Source: Escherichia phage vB_EcoM_WFH
Strand: one strand, 5' to 3'
Sequence record: NC_048194.1
Length of the DNA: 64,000 nt
Shown here: one piece after another, positions 9,041-18,886 of the stretch
Numbering within the stretch: the stretch's first letter is position 1
Layout: each line of letters starts with the position of its first letter
The notes under the pieces: generated by a model
The model's database searches: none
Told to the model about the DNA's origin: nothing
The model's input: only the letters and a program-made list of their open reading frames with translations
Made by a program: the position numbers and the translations under genes

Positions 9041-9145
9041 GGCGCGACTATATCGGTTGTTATACATATTCAAACCATAATTATTGTTTGCCTAAGTTTT
9101 TTTCATTAGATATAATACACAATACTTATTTGAGGGTGGATGCGA

Positions 9146-10558
9146 ATGCAAACGGCACGCGAAATTGACAAAAATGGATTCTTGACGATTGTGGGTTGTC
9201 CCATTTCGTCATTTGGCATTTTTGATTATTCTGCAGGTCAGGTTGGACTTGATGGTGATCCGAATCGCATCGTAAAAGTTTATCGCCCAGAGTCAGCGGT
9301 GAAAGACCCCGAAGCGATAGATTCATTCAAAAATATCCCTTTCATCGACAATCACGAAATGCTTTCTGGATTCGAAGGTGATGAGGATAACACAGCACCC
9401 GAAGAGTATGGCGTTGATGGCGTTCTAACTGGCAATGTTTATTATGACAAGCCATGGATGCGCGGCGACCTTAAAGTTTTTAGCCGTCGTCTGAAGAAGG
9501 CCATCGATTCTGGAAAGGTTGACTTGTCTTTGGGCTATGACTGTGAATTCATCATACAGTCTGGAGAGTTTGACGGGCAGCCGTATGAAGTGGTACAGAC
9601 AACTCTTCGCGGCAACCACATTGCTCTCGTGGACGTTGGTCGAGTACCAGGTGCACGGGTGCTGGATGGTCGTTGCTTTGACCATCTTTGTTTGACGACT
9701 GTAACACCATCCAACGAGGATTTAGACATGCCAAAACCGTTAAAAGGTAAAGCGCGTGATAATGCTGTTGAACAGCTGAAATCACTGATCCCTGCGCTCG
9801 AACAATTTCTGAATGAAGAGAGCACCGAAGCTGCTCATCAGGACGAAGTTGAAGTGAAAGCAGAAGAGAAGGATTCAACCGAAGAACGTGAAGAAGTGAT
9901 GGTTGATCCAGAAGTCAAAGCAGAAGCTGAAGAGACTCCAGAAGGTGAAGAGAAGTTTGAAGTTGAAACTGAATCTCACGCTGGCGGCGAGCTTCCGCAA
10001 CTGATCAGCCAAATCGAAGCACTTATTGCAAAACTGAAAGGTGGCGCGGTAGGTGATGAAGAAGAAGTTGAAGCCGAAGTCAAAGACGAAGAAGTTGAAG
10101 TCAAGGCTGAAGATGTATCACCTTGCGACAAAGCTGAAGATGTGGTTAGCGGCCTGCAAAACAGCAACGTAAAGGGGGCTTCGGTCGAAAAAGATGACAA
10201 ACCGACAAAAGCGGCGAAAGCGTCGCCAGGTCCAGCAAAAGGGGAACACTCAATGGCATCTGATTCAGCAGTTGCTGCTTTCTACGCTGATTCTGCTCGT
10301 AAGAATAGCCTCTACCAGCGCCTGTCTAAAGTTGTTGGTGCCTTTGATCATGCAACTATGGACTCCAAGTCCGTAGCGAAATATGGCGCTAAAAAGTTAG
10401 GCTTGAAGTGCGTTGATGGTGCTGAGTTTGACGTGGTGGATAATTATCTGCGCGGCGTTGAACACGGTCAAAAACAGCGTGTAGTCGCAAAACAAAAGGC
10501 CGCTGCGGATTCTGCAGCAACTGACGAAGCATTTGAAGCTTGGTTGAAAGGGGAATAA
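9146..10558 (+). CDS. putative scaffolding protein (possibly protease-scaffold fusion)
   Basis: Position between MuF-like and capsid genes; long highly acidic Glu-rich central region (EEREEVMVDPEVKAEAEETPEGEEKFEVETE...); RBS gagggtgg. Confidence 0.45.
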   Translation: MQTAREIDKNGFLTIVGCPISSFGIFDYSAGQVGLDGDPNRIVKVYRPESAVKDPEAIDSFKNIPFIDNHEMLSGFEGDEDNTAPEEYGVDGVLTGNVYYDKPWMRGDLKVFSRRLKKAIDSGKVDLSLGYDCEFIIQSGEFDGQPYEVVQTTLRGNHIALVDVGRVPGARVLDGRCFDHLCLTTVTPSNEDLDMPKPLKGKARDNAVEQLKSLIPALEQFLNEESTEAAHQDEVEVKAEEKDSTEEREEVMVDPEVKAEAEETPEGEEKFEVETESHAGGELPQLISQIEALIAKLKGGAVGDEEEVEAEVKDEEVEVKAEDVSPCDKAEDVVSGLQNSNVKGASVEKDDKPTKAAKASPGPAKGEHSMASDSAVAAFYADSARKNSLYQRLSKVVGAFDHATMDSKSVAKYGAKKLGLKCVDGAEFDVVDNYLRGVEHGQKQRVVAKQKAAADSAATDEAFEAWLKGE

Positions 10559-10560
10559 AT

Positions 10561-11178
10561 ATGACTTTCCAAACTAGTGTAGGCCGTCAATATACAACTG
10601 GCTTTCCTGGCGACATCGTTCGCGACGGCCCACAGCGTGGGAAGCCAGGCCGAATTGCCAACGCTAACGAAGGCGCAAACGTAAACGCCATCAGCCGTGT
10701 GTTCGGTTTTAAGACTGACGTATCCTTAATGGGTACTGGTCAAACCAAAACTTTGGGCGCGCAGGACTTTGAAGTTGAGCTGGGCGGCACCAACTACTAC
10801 GGCATCCTCGGCAATAGCAAGCGTTACGCGCTGTATGGCAACTCTACTGGTCCTTTGGGTGCCAGCATGGTTCTGCCTCAATATAGCGAAGGCGAGTTCT
10901 ATGATATGTGCACGGGCCTCGTAGTTGAAGTATTCAACCCAAGCACCAGTCCGCAGACGCTTAACTATGGCGACCTGCTTGCTTATGTACCTAAAGGCAT
11001 TTCCAGCGGTAACAACCCGAACAACTTGCCTATTGGTGCAATTATCGCCTATACTGGCTCATTGCCAACTGGCATGGTTGCCATCCCAGGCGGTATTGTG
11101 ATTGACCCGACGACTATTGCCCTTTCCGGCCCAAGCGTCCAGTCTTCCACTTATACCATTGTACAATTGACTCGTTAA
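10561..11178 (+). CDS. head protein (decoration or minor capsid candidate)
   Basis: ATG at 10561 with RBS aaagggga (track start 10540 is TTG); sits between scaffold and major capsid as decoration genes often do; Gly/Asn/Thr-rich. Confidence 0.35.
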   Translation: MTFQTSVGRQYTTGFPGDIVRDGPQRGKPGRIANANEGANVNAISRVFGFKTDVSLMGTGQTKTLGAQDFEVELGGTNYYGILGNSKRYALYGNSTGPLGASMVLPQYSEGEFYDMCTGLVVEVFNPSTSPQTLNYGDLLAYVPKGISSGNNPNNLPIGAIIAYTGSLPTGMVAIPGGIVIDPTTIALSGPSVQSSTYTIVQLTR

Positions 11179-11192
11179 TAGGCAGGTGAATA

Positions 11193-12332
11193 ATGACTCG
11201 CATTAGCCAAACACACTCTCGCCTCCCAGCGAGCAAGGTGCGCCCTTTTGATATGCAATCCGTGACCGACGCGGCTGTTTCCCAGCTTGCGCGTATCGGT
11301 ATTGTGTTTGATTCCGCGATTGTGCGTGATCAGATTGAGCACTTAAACCGTGCAGGTGCTTTCCGCGTAGGTGACGCCGCATTTACTGCGCCGCAAACCA
11401 CGCCATCAATCCCGACCCCGCTGCAGTTCCTGCAACAGTGGCTGCCTGGCTTCGTCAAAATCATGACCGCTGCCCGTAAAATTGACGAGCTGGTTGGTAT
11501 TGACACCGTTGGTCAGTGGGAAGATGCAGAAATCGTTCAGGGCATCGTTGAACCAGCTGGCACCGCAGTTGAATATGGTGATTTCACCTCTATTCCTCTG
11601 GCAAGCTGGAACGTGAACTTTGAACGCCGTTCCATCGTTCGCGGTGAAATGGGCATGGCAGTCGGCATGCTGGAAGAAGGCCGCGCGTCTGCGATGCGTC
11701 TGAACTCTGCAGAGACCAAGCGCCAGCAGGCTGCTGTATCTCTGGAAATCATGCGTAACGCAATCGGCTTCTATGGTTGGTATAACGGGAACAACCGCAC
11801 GTTCGGCTTCCTGAATGATCCAAACCTGCCAGCGGCAATGACTTCAAACACCACTTCCGGCTGGGCTACTGCGACCTTCCAACAGGTGACTGCAGACATC
11901 CGTTTGATGGTTCGTCAAATCCGTGTCAACTCTCAGGACCAGATTGATCCAGAGAAGGTTGATATGACTCTGGCGCTGCCGACCAACTCTATTGATTGGC
12001 TGTCAAACACCACCGACTTCGGTATTTCTGTACGTGACTGGATCACCCAGACTTATCCGAAGATGAAGATCAAATCTGCACCGGAACTCAACGGCGCACT
12101 TGGCAGTGACCCGACTTTCCTGAACGTGGCATATCTGTACGCTGATCACATCGATTCCTCAATTGATGGCTCAAGCGATGATGGTTCCGTATTCAGTCAG
12201 CTGGTCCAGACTAAGTTTATGACTCTGGGCGTTGAGAAACGCGCTAAGAGCTACGTTGAAGACTACGCAAACGCAACAGCAGGCGTTCTGCTCAAGCGTC
12301 CTTTCGCAGTCGTCCGTATGACTGGTATCTAA
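11193..12332 (+). CDS. major capsid protein (putative)
   Basis: 379 aa, RBS aggtga, follows scaffold, followed by strong stem-loop; size and position typical of HK97-fold capsid proteins. Confidence 0.55.
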   Translation: MTRISQTHSRLPASKVRPFDMQSVTDAAVSQLARIGIVFDSAIVRDQIEHLNRAGAFRVGDAAFTAPQTTPSIPTPLQFLQQWLPGFVKIMTAARKIDELVGIDTVGQWEDAEIVQGIVEPAGTAVEYGDFTSIPLASWNVNFERRSIVRGEMGMAVGMLEEGRASAMRLNSAETKRQQAAVSLEIMRNAIGFYGWYNGNNRTFGFLNDPNLPAAMTSNTTSGWATATFQQVTADIRLMVRQIRVNSQDQIDPEKVDMTLALPTNSIDWLSNTTDFGISVRDWITQTYPKMKIKSAPELNGALGSDPTFLNVAYLYADHIDSSIDGSSDDGSVFSQLVQTKFMTLGVEKRAKSYVEDYANATAGVLLKRPFAVVRMTGI

Positions 12333-12357
12333 TTGCTGTGATTACACAGTAAAACAC

Positions 12358-12387
12358 ATGGGGCGTGGTCGAAAGGCTTCGCCCCAT
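12358..12387 (+). terminator. stem-loop downstream of capsid gene (ATGGGGCG...CGCCCCAT)
   Basis: 8-bp GC-rich stem, 14-nt loop; lacks a clear U-tract, so may be attenuator or RNA-stabilising hairpin. Confidence 0.4.
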
Positions 12388-12447
12388 ATCAATAGACCTC
12401 AAGGGCTGTAGGGGCTTATCTGAGGCTTATATAAATAGGACTACAAA

Positions 12448-12912
12448 ATGCCAAAATACATCGTTTCAACTATGTCTATGTCAGTCAACTACACTTTCTA
12501 TACGGAAGTGAAAGAAAACCCGAATGCAAAAGCTGGTTCAGGCGCTCTTCCAAATATTCGCAAACAGATTCTGATCAAGGGCGGTGCTGGTCTTACTTCG
12601 GCAACTTCCGGCTTTGGTGAAATGGCAAAAGGCGCTGATGGTGCACCTTTGTGGACTCCTGAAGGAATCGTCACCGTTGTAAGCGATGCTGATTTTGAAC
12701 ATTTAAAAGATCATCACGTATTCAAGCAGCACCTTGAAAAAGGTCTGGTTAAAGTGGTTAACCACGACATCGTTGGCAATCATAAAGCTGTCGCCAAAGA
12801 AGTGCGCGGCATGTCAGATGACCCGTTCGCACCTATGACGCGTGAGACGGCTGACAAGCGCATCAAGGTTAAATTGAGCGGCGAACAAGAAGATGATTTG
12901 TTCCGCGTTTAA
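12448..12912 (+). CDS. hypothetical virion protein (154 aa)
   Basis: Track ORF with ATG in structural block. Confidence 0.4.
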   Translation: MPKYIVSTMSMSVNYTFYTEVKENPNAKAGSGALPNIRKQILIKGGAGLTSATSGFGEMAKGADGAPLWTPEGIVTVVSDADFEHLKDHHVFKQHLEKGLVKVVNHDIVGNHKAVAKEVRGMSDDPFAPMTRETADKRIKVKLSGEQEDDLFRV

Positions 12913-12926
12913 ATAAGGTGAATGCC

Positions 12927-13382
12927 ATGTCATTAGATTACGAAAAGTTCAGAATAAAATTTCCACAGTTTGCTGATCAGGTAAAATTCCCTGACACAAC
13001 GCTTCAAGTATTCTATGACATGGCATGTGAATTTATTGAATCACAAGACAGTCCTTGTCGTGTTTTAAATGGCAGTAAATTGGAGCTGGCATTGGAATAT
13101 ATGACGGCTCATCTTTTATGCATAGCCACAGACCAACAGGTGTCTGTGTCTTCTGGTGACGGAGTTGAACAAGGCGGCTTCGTGACTGGTGCAACAATCG
13201 GTGACATCACCGTGAATAAGGTAGCGCCGCCTGCAAGTGATGGTTGGGAATACTGGCTTTCAAGCACTCCTTATGGCATGGCGCTTTGGGCGCTTCTGCA
13301 AGCACTGGCTGTCGGCGGCTTGTCGTTTGGCGGTCTTCCAGAGCGCGAAGGATTTCGTAAAATTGGTGGGGTATTCTGGTGA
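12927..13382 (+). CDS. head-tail connector/adaptor-like protein
   Basis: ATG at 12927 with RBS aaggtgaa (track start is GTG 12918); MSLDYEKFRIKFPQF... N-terminus recalled from DUF4054-type head-tail joining proteins. Confidence 0.4.
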   Translation: MSLDYEKFRIKFPQFADQVKFPDTTLQVFYDMACEFIESQDSPCRVLNGSKLELALEYMTAHLLCIATDQQVSVSSGDGVEQGGFVTGATIGDITVNKVAPPASDGWEYWLSSTPYGMALWALLQALAVGGLSFGGLPEREGFRKIGGVFW

Positions 13383-13738
13383 GGATTCCTGGCGTAAACT
13401 TATATCGAGTTGCGACAAAGGTCATCGGTCGCCAACCGATTCAATATTACATGTACAAGGGGCGCACTCTTGATAAAATGCGCAACTACGTTACCACTTA
13501 TGAAGAACCAATCACGCTACTTGCTTCGGTGCAGGCTGTTCTTCGAAATCAATACGTCGAGCTTGGATTGGAGCTTCAAAAGAACTATGTCAAAATCTGG
13601 GTAGACAAAGACATTGTTGACCTTGACCGCGACGCTTCCGGCGACTATTTGTGTTTGGTGGGAAAACGTATAAAATGGAAGATGAAACGACATGGTTTGA
13701 CCAAGATGGTTGGACGACTTGCCTTGCCGTGGAAATAA
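13379..13738 (+). CDS. hypothetical head-tail joining protein (119 aa)
   Basis: GTG start overlapping upstream stop; co-directional structural array. Confidence 0.35.
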   Translation: MRIPGVNLYRVATKVIGRQPIQYYMYKGRTLDKMRNYVTTYEEPITLLASVQAVLRNQYVELGLELQKNYVKIWVDKDIVDLDRDASGDYLCLVGKRIKWKMKRHGLTKMVGRLALPWK

Positions 13739-13956
13739 AACAAAGCTTTCCAGTGTCTACTTGAGGTGTATATGACAGATGTCGACCTGATTGAACATGC
13801 TGGCAACGCGAATTGAAGAAGGTCTGGCGGCGTATAGTCGTGCAGACCTTTCTGCTGTTCCGGTCCAGAAAAAGTATCAACCGACTCAACAGGGTATTCC
13901 GACTGGTGACCAAATTTGGTTTAACCTTTTATTCTCAGTTCCGTTTTGGATGGTCC

Positions 13957-14349
13957 ATGAGGAAAAGTGAATTTGTCAATGATGAGTCTCAATTTGTAAA
14001 CGGAAAATTCAGAGATATTGAAGATCAAATATACGCTACACGTTTTCAAATCAGCGGCTTATTTCCAGAAGTTCCTGGCAATCCAGAAAAGCCTACTGCT
14101 AATGACGTATTGACTTATTTGGCAAGATTCATAACTCATAAAGCGAATTTGAGGGATTGGTTCAAAAAGCATCAGGCATCAGTATATCGAATCGACATGA
14201 ATAATAATGAAAAGTTTTATGATGACATGTCGCAATTTGAATCATTCCCTTCTTTTGATTTGGTAATACTTCACAGAAACGCAATTTCAATTGATACTCC
14301 TGCTGTTGCAAGAGCTGTTAATAATGATTTGGGTGATATTCCGGTGTAA
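13957..14349 (+). CDS. hypothetical protein; start uncertain
   Basis: Downstream, natural-looking part of track ORF 13813..14349 from ATG 13957; upstream part of that ORF looks out of frame, and a separate 57-codon ORF (13797-13970) in another frame overlaps. Confidence 0.3.
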   Translation: MRKSEFVNDESQFVNGKFRDIEDQIYATRFQISGLFPEVPGNPEKPTANDVLTYLARFITHKANLRDWFKKHQASVYRIDMNNNEKFYDDMSQFESFPSFDLVILHRNAISIDTPAVARAVNNDLGDIPV

Positions 14350-14350
14350 T

Positions 14351-14500
14351 ATGACAAAATCAAAAATGATAGAAAAACAGATTAAGGCGCTTCAGTCTAT
14401 GAAGGGGCTTACTGTTGAGGCAGGATGGTTTGATTCTACCAGATACCCTTCAGAAACTGGTGGAGAAGGAAATACTGGTGTCAGAAGTCGCGCGGCTTAA
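14351..14500 (+). CDS. small ORF, possibly N-terminal piece of a virion morphogenesis gene
   Basis: ATG at 14351 (track start 14291 upstream); product MTKSKMIEKQIKALQSMKGLTVEAGWFDSTRYPSETGGEGNTGVRSRAA. Confidence 0.3.
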   Translation: MTKSKMIEKQIKALQSMKGLTVEAGWFDSTRYPSETGGEGNTGVRSRAA

Positions 14501-14556
14501 CGAGTTTGGTCACATAGCCGTTTTGAAACTTTGGACAAGGACCAGTCAGGGTAGAA

Positions 14557-14799
14557 GTGCCACCCAGACCATTCATGAGATATGCCTATGAATTATTCGT
14601 TAGTGAGCGCAGTGAAATAGAGAATAAAATTGCTAAAAAGATTTTTTCCGGTAAAATAGACGCTAGACAGGCATTGGGTCAAATTGGGCTTGCGATGGAA
14701 GCAAAGATTGTCGAATCAATTAAAAACGGACCGTGGCAACCAAATGCCAGATATACTGTACGTGTGAAGGGGATTCGACAAGCCTTTGATTCACACTAG
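14557..14799 (+). CDS. virion morphogenesis-like protein (C-terminal part)
   Basis: GTG start; product begins MPPRPFMRYAYELF..., resembling the conserved PaRPF motif recalled from Mu gpG-type virion morphogenesis proteins. Confidence 0.4.
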   Translation: MPPRPFMRYAYELFVSERSEIENKIAKKIFSGKIDARQALGQIGLAMEAKIVESIKNGPWQPNARYTVRVKGIRQAFDSH

Positions 14800-14851
14800 C
14801 CTCATGTGGCAATCTGTCAGCAGCCAAGTCATTAAATAAGAGGACACCGAC

Positions 14852-16390
14852 GTGATCAGTCAATCTCGTTATATTAAAATTGTATCAGGGGTCGGAGCAG
14901 GCGCGGCTGTTGCAGTTCGCAAACTGTCGCTTCGCGTCATGACTTCTAATACAGTTCTGCCGCCGGGCATTGTAGCAGAATTTTCAACGGCTGATGCTGT
15001 TGGATCATATTTCGGTTATTCTTCCGAAGAATATAAGCGCGCAGCATTATATTTTGGATTCATCAGCAAGCAAATTAACTCGCCTGATTCAATCAGCTTC
15101 TCGCGTATTGTTTCAACTGCGATTCCAGCAATGGTCATCGGTGATACTGAGCCTAAAGTGCTTGCTACGTTTCAAGCATTCACTGGCGCTATTTTAAGCA
15201 TCACTTATGATGGCACAGACTACCTGACTGACGCAATTAACCTTTCAGCGGCAACAAGTCTGGCGAATGTGGCTGAACTTCTGGAAACGGCAATCAATAC
15301 TAAATTTGCAGCAGAAGGGGGCACGTCGGTGCCTGCACTTGCTGATGCAGAAGTGTATTGGAACGCTAATACTCAGCAGTTCACGCTGGAAGCAGCGCCG
15401 TCGACCGCTGGCGCAGGCAATCTGTCTATCAACGTCACAGGCCAACCGACCGACCCGTCTCAAGCATTAGGTTGGACCACCACTGGCACCGTAACCGTTG
15501 CAGGCCAGGGCGTTTCAAGTCCGGTAGAAGCCATCGCGGCATCTGTGGAAATCTCCAACAACTTTGGCTCATTCCTTTTTGCTGGGGCTGACCGAACTCT
15601 GGAAGAAATTACCGCTGTGGCAGCGTGGACTCATTCGCAGAATAATATGTACATGTATTTATTCTCGACTTCGTTCGCTAATATCGGGTCATACTACACC
15701 GCTCTGAAAGGGTACTCAGGCGTTGGCATGATGATTCGCGCAACTAACCTTGCAAACGATTACATCGACCAAGCACCTGCTGAAATCCTTGCGGCGACAA
15801 ACTATAATACTGTGAATGCGACTCAAAACTACATGTATTATCAGTTTGATACTCGCAACGTGACTGTTTCAACTGACTCTCGTGCAGACACTGCTGATCA
15901 AAACCGTGCTAACTACATCGGTGCAACTCAGCAGGCCGGACAAACCTTGGCATTCTTCCAGCGCGGCGTATTGATGGGCGGGTCTACCGCAGCAGTTGAC
16001 ATGAATACTTATGCCAACGAGATGTGGCTTAAATCTGCTATCACTTCTCAGCTGTTCAGCATGTTCTTGAATCTTGGTCGCGTGCCTGCAAACGAAGAAG
16101 GTAAAGCGACTGTACAAGCCATGATTCAAGTTGCTGTTGACAATGCGAAGGTTAACGGCACCATCTCTGTTGGTAAGGCGCTGACTGAGATTCAGAAACA
16201 ATACATCACGCAAACTTCCGGTGACAACACTGCTTGGCGGCAGGTTGAAACTATCGGTTACTGGCTGACTGTAGATTTTGATACTGAAACCACTTCAGAT
16301 GGGCGCACCGAATACTATGCAACATACACGCTAATCTACTCTAAAGATGATGCTGTGCGTCGCGTTGAAGGTCGTGACGTCCTTATCTAA
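14852..16390 (+). CDS. tail sheath-like structural protein
   Basis: 512 aa, GTG start with RBS aagagga; large protein immediately upstream of two tube-like paralogues; baseplate J/V-like genes downstream imply contractile tail. Confidence 0.45.
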   Translation: MISQSRYIKIVSGVGAGAAVAVRKLSLRVMTSNTVLPPGIVAEFSTADAVGSYFGYSSEEYKRAALYFGFISKQINSPDSISFSRIVSTAIPAMVIGDTEPKVLATFQAFTGAILSITYDGTDYLTDAINLSAATSLANVAELLETAINTKFAAEGGTSVPALADAEVYWNANTQQFTLEAAPSTAGAGNLSINVTGQPTDPSQALGWTTTGTVTVAGQGVSSPVEAIAASVEISNNFGSFLFAGADRTLEEITAVAAWTHSQNNMYMYLFSTSFANIGSYYTALKGYSGVGMMIRATNLANDYIDQAPAEILAATNYNTVNATQNYMYYQFDTRNVTVSTDSRADTADQNRANYIGATQQAGQTLAFFQRGVLMGGSTAAVDMNTYANEMWLKSAITSQLFSMFLNLGRVPANEEGKATVQAMIQVAVDNAKVNGTISVGKALTEIQKQYITQTSGDNTAWRQVETIGYWLTVDFDTETTSDGRTEYYATYTLIYSKDDAVRRVEGRDVLI

Positions 16391-16396
16391 ATAATT

Positions 16397-16414
16397 GCCG
16401 CCGTAACTGGCGGC
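16397..16414 (+). other. intergenic stem-loop (GCCGCC-GTAACT-GGCGGC) between sheath and tube genes
   Basis: Perfect 6-bp GC stem; no U-tract. Confidence 0.35.
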
Positions 16415-16437
16415 CATCTCTCTGAGAGGAATCTGTA

Positions 16438-16905
16438 ATGATTAACGTTTCCGGTTTTGGCGCTTCGATTCGTTTAGTGGCATCAAACACTTTTCCAAAT
16501 GGTGTAACTCTTTCTGATTTCGCAGATGATGCTGATCCGATTGACGCGCCTGATCTTCAAATCTCTGAAGCGGCAATGGGATTGAACGGTGACTTGGTAG
16601 TCTGGAACCGTGCCAACCCTCTTGAAGTAGGCGTCAACATCATCCCTACTTCTGAAAGCGATGTAAACTTAGATGTTCTGGCAGCGGCTAACCGTGTAGG
16701 CAAGCGCAAGAACTCTGCGAAAGACGTGATCACCCTTATTCTGACCTACCCTTCTGGCATGGTCATCACACTGAACAAGGGAACTTTGACGACTGGTTCA
16801 GTGATTCCTGGCATCCAGTCTCAGGGTCGTGTAAAAACACGTCAATATCGCTTTAAGTTTGAGAACGTAGTCAAAACTGGCGTGAGCAACCAAGAGATTT
16901 TATAA
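16438..16905 (+). CDS. tail tube-like protein (paralogue 1)
   Basis: 155 aa; MINVSGFGASIRLVA... N-terminus shared with 17856..18353 (MVNISGFGTSIRIVA...). Confidence 0.45.
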   Translation: MINVSGFGASIRLVASNTFPNGVTLSDFADDADPIDAPDLQISEAAMGLNGDLVVWNRANPLEVGVNIIPTSESDVNLDVLAAANRVGKRKNSAKDVITLILTYPSGMVITLNKGTLTTGSVIPGIQSQGRVKTRQYRFKFENVVKTGVSNQEIL

Positions 16906-17234
16906 TGTATCAAATACCACTTGACAGCGTACCTAACCAGAATATCAGCTTTAACGTTGACGGTGCTTATTGGCAGCTGCACATATTCGCCGCAATTGAG
17001 CACATGTGCGCAGATGTTTACCGCAATGGCGAATTGTTGATTCAGGGGGTACGTTGTTTTGGTGGTATACCAATGGTGCCTTATAAATATCTCATGATTG
17101 GGTACGGCAACTTTATTTTTGACAGCGTACCAGATTATGAGCATTTTAACTCTGGCGGCTGTAATTTATATTACATGTCAGAATCTGAGTTGGCTGAATT
17201 CCAGAAAACTGCTGAAGCGGAGTTTGCAATTTGA
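16905..17234 (+). CDS. hypothetical tail protein (109 aa)
   Basis: ATG overlapping upstream stop; structural array. Confidence 0.35.
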   Translation: MYQIPLDSVPNQNISFNVDGAYWQLHIFAAIEHMCADVYRNGELLIQGVRCFGGIPMVPYKYLMIGYGNFIFDSVPDYEHFNSGGCNLYYMSESELAEFQKTAEAEFAI

Positions 17235-17587
17235 CAACTCTAACGATTGAAGTTAATGATAACAATGACCTGTTTCTGCCTGATGGAAGAAATTTGAATA
17301 TCCTGTCAGGAGAAAAGGCCATGGTACAAGTTATCAAGGCGGCGCATCAAATGCGACTTGGTGAAGACTTGTACGATGTTGAAAACGGAGTCGATTATTT
17401 AGGCACTGTTTTCAAATCGCCCGTTGATGAAGACGGTGCGAGAAAGTCGATTGCAGATGCTATTCTGAAGAAAGCAGACGTTGCCGGAATCGACTCATTG
17501 ACTGTCACCATCCAAAACGGTATTCTTGGATTCACCGCTGAAGTGGTGACTATTTATGGCGAACGTATAAAGGTGAGTAATCAATAA
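17231..17587 (+). CDS. hypothetical tail protein (118 aa)
   Basis: TTG start overlapping upstream stop; alternative in-frame ATG lies 30 codons in. Confidence 0.3.
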   Translation: MTTLTIEVNDNNDLFLPDGRNLNILSGEKAMVQVIKAAHQMRLGEDLYDVENGVDYLGTVFKSPVDEDGARKSIADAILKKADVAGIDSLTVTIQNGILGFTAEVVTIYGERIKVSNQ

Positions 17588-17853
17588 TGGCACAAGTAAT
17601 TCATTTTGCTAATGGCGTCATGAAATTTGGCGAAAAATTTGAAGACGCATCGGAATTATTCAAAAAGACTTCAAACCCTGTTGCGGAGAAGAAAGAACAG
17701 GTTGAAGAGAAGGCAGTAGAATCGAAAGTTGATTTCGATTCAATGAGCGTCTCTGAATTGAAGGCTTATGCAAAGGAACATGAGATTGACATTAAAGGTC
17801 TTTCTTATAAGGATGAAATTCTTGCAGCAGTTAAATCTGCATCTGCGGAGTAA
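17587..17853 (+). CDS. hypothetical protein with C-terminal SAP/HeH-like motif
   Basis: 88 aa; ...SVSELKAYAKEHEIDIKGLSYKDEILAAV resembles helix-extended-helix DNA-binding motifs. Confidence 0.35.
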   Translation: MAQVIHFANGVMKFGEKFEDASELFKKTSNPVAEKKEQVEEKAVESKVDFDSMSVSELKAYAKEHEIDIKGLSYKDEILAAVKSASAE

Positions 17854-17855
17854 AC

Positions 17856-18353
17856 ATGGTCAATATTAGTGGATTTGGCACAAGCATTAGAATTGTCGCT
17901 CTCCAATCTTTTCCTGTTGGGCTGAATATCAGTTCTTTGTCTGATGACCAGGATTCGCTAATTATTGAGGAAGTTGAATCAGTAGGCTATCAACTTACTT
18001 ATGACGGCGGCATTTGTATTTATGACAAGGCCGCCGTCGTTCGCGTATCCATTGCAGTGATCCCAAACACTGAAGACGACATAAACCTAAAGCTTTTGCT
18101 TTCCGCTCGTAAAGGCGGATTCAAGTGGCTTCCTATACAGGATGTCACATCAATGCTTATTACATATCCTGATGGCGGCAGAGTAGCATTTTCGAACGGG
18201 ACCATCATCAGCGGTCCGCTTGGCGACTCCATTGAGCAATCAGGTCGTCGCAAGACAAACAGATACACATTCGTGTTTGCCAGCTACGGCGGCGCACAGA
18301 GTACATCGCAAATTGCAAAAGGCGTGGTGCAGAGCATATTGGGGTCAATTTAA
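17856..18353 (+). CDS. tail tube-like protein (paralogue 2)
   Basis: 165 aa, paralogous to 16438..16905 over N-terminus and overall length. Confidence 0.45.
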   Translation: MVNISGFGTSIRIVALQSFPVGLNISSLSDDQDSLIIEEVESVGYQLTYDGGICIYDKAAVVRVSIAVIPNTEDDINLKLLLSARKGGFKWLPIQDVTSMLITYPDGGRVAFSNGTIISGPLGDSIEQSGRRKTNRYTFVFASYGGAQSTSQIAKGVVQSILGSI

Positions 18354-18886
18354 TGGCTATCGATTTATTGTCATATAGTCTTTCAAACAGAAGCTTCAAA
18401 ATAAGAAGCTTCAACCTTGGGGAAGTGTCAACGCTTGGTTGGGCTATTGTTAACGTAAAAATAAGACTCCAAGCAAAGATATTCAAAAACCAAAGGGAAG
18501 ACGGAAGCTATATCGTCGATGGCAGAGTCAAAATGCCTAGAATATTGACTGTGACTGTAATAGCACAGACAAAAAGCGCGTCCGACGCAATCACAAAGAT
18601 GTTGCAGAACAGGTCCACGATATACACAATAAATTCTCGTGGGCTAATCTTTGAACGTATGGTGCTGCAAAATAACAATTTCAGCCAAGATGCTGACAAT
18701 ATAACCTCACAACCCATACAACTGGTCTTCCATGAGATATTAACACAGCAGGATGTGTCTATTCAAACAGCGCAAGCAGCCGACTCCACTGTCATTGAGC
18801 GCGGCATCGCTTATATAAAAGAGACTACTGCCAGCGTCACTGGCGTTGCAACAAAGGTGATGAATGGCATCAAGGGGATGTTCTGA
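18353..18886 (+). CDS. hypothetical tail protein (177 aa)
   Basis: ATG overlapping upstream stop. Confidence 0.35.
   Translation: MAIDLLSYSLSNRSFKIRSFNLGEVSTLGWAIVNVKIRLQAKIFKNQREDGSYIVDGRVKMPRILTVTVIAQTKSASDAITKMLQNRSTIYTINSRGLIFERMVLQNNNFSQDADNITSQPIQLVFHEILTQQDVSIQTAQAADSTVIERGIAYIKETTASVTGVATKVMNGIKGMF

Noticed and set aside
9535-9878. Minus-strand ORFs overlapping the scaffold gene (9535..9825, 9552..9878), and many similar antisense track ORFs inside large genes (for example 3066..3548, 20086..20941, 38868..39215, 45724..46578)
   Set aside because: Each is embedded antisense or out of frame within a longer gene that has clear motifs or operon context; no RBS; biased composition. The embedded Rz1-like ORF at 33317..33544 is the one exception I kept, because of its lipoprotein signal.
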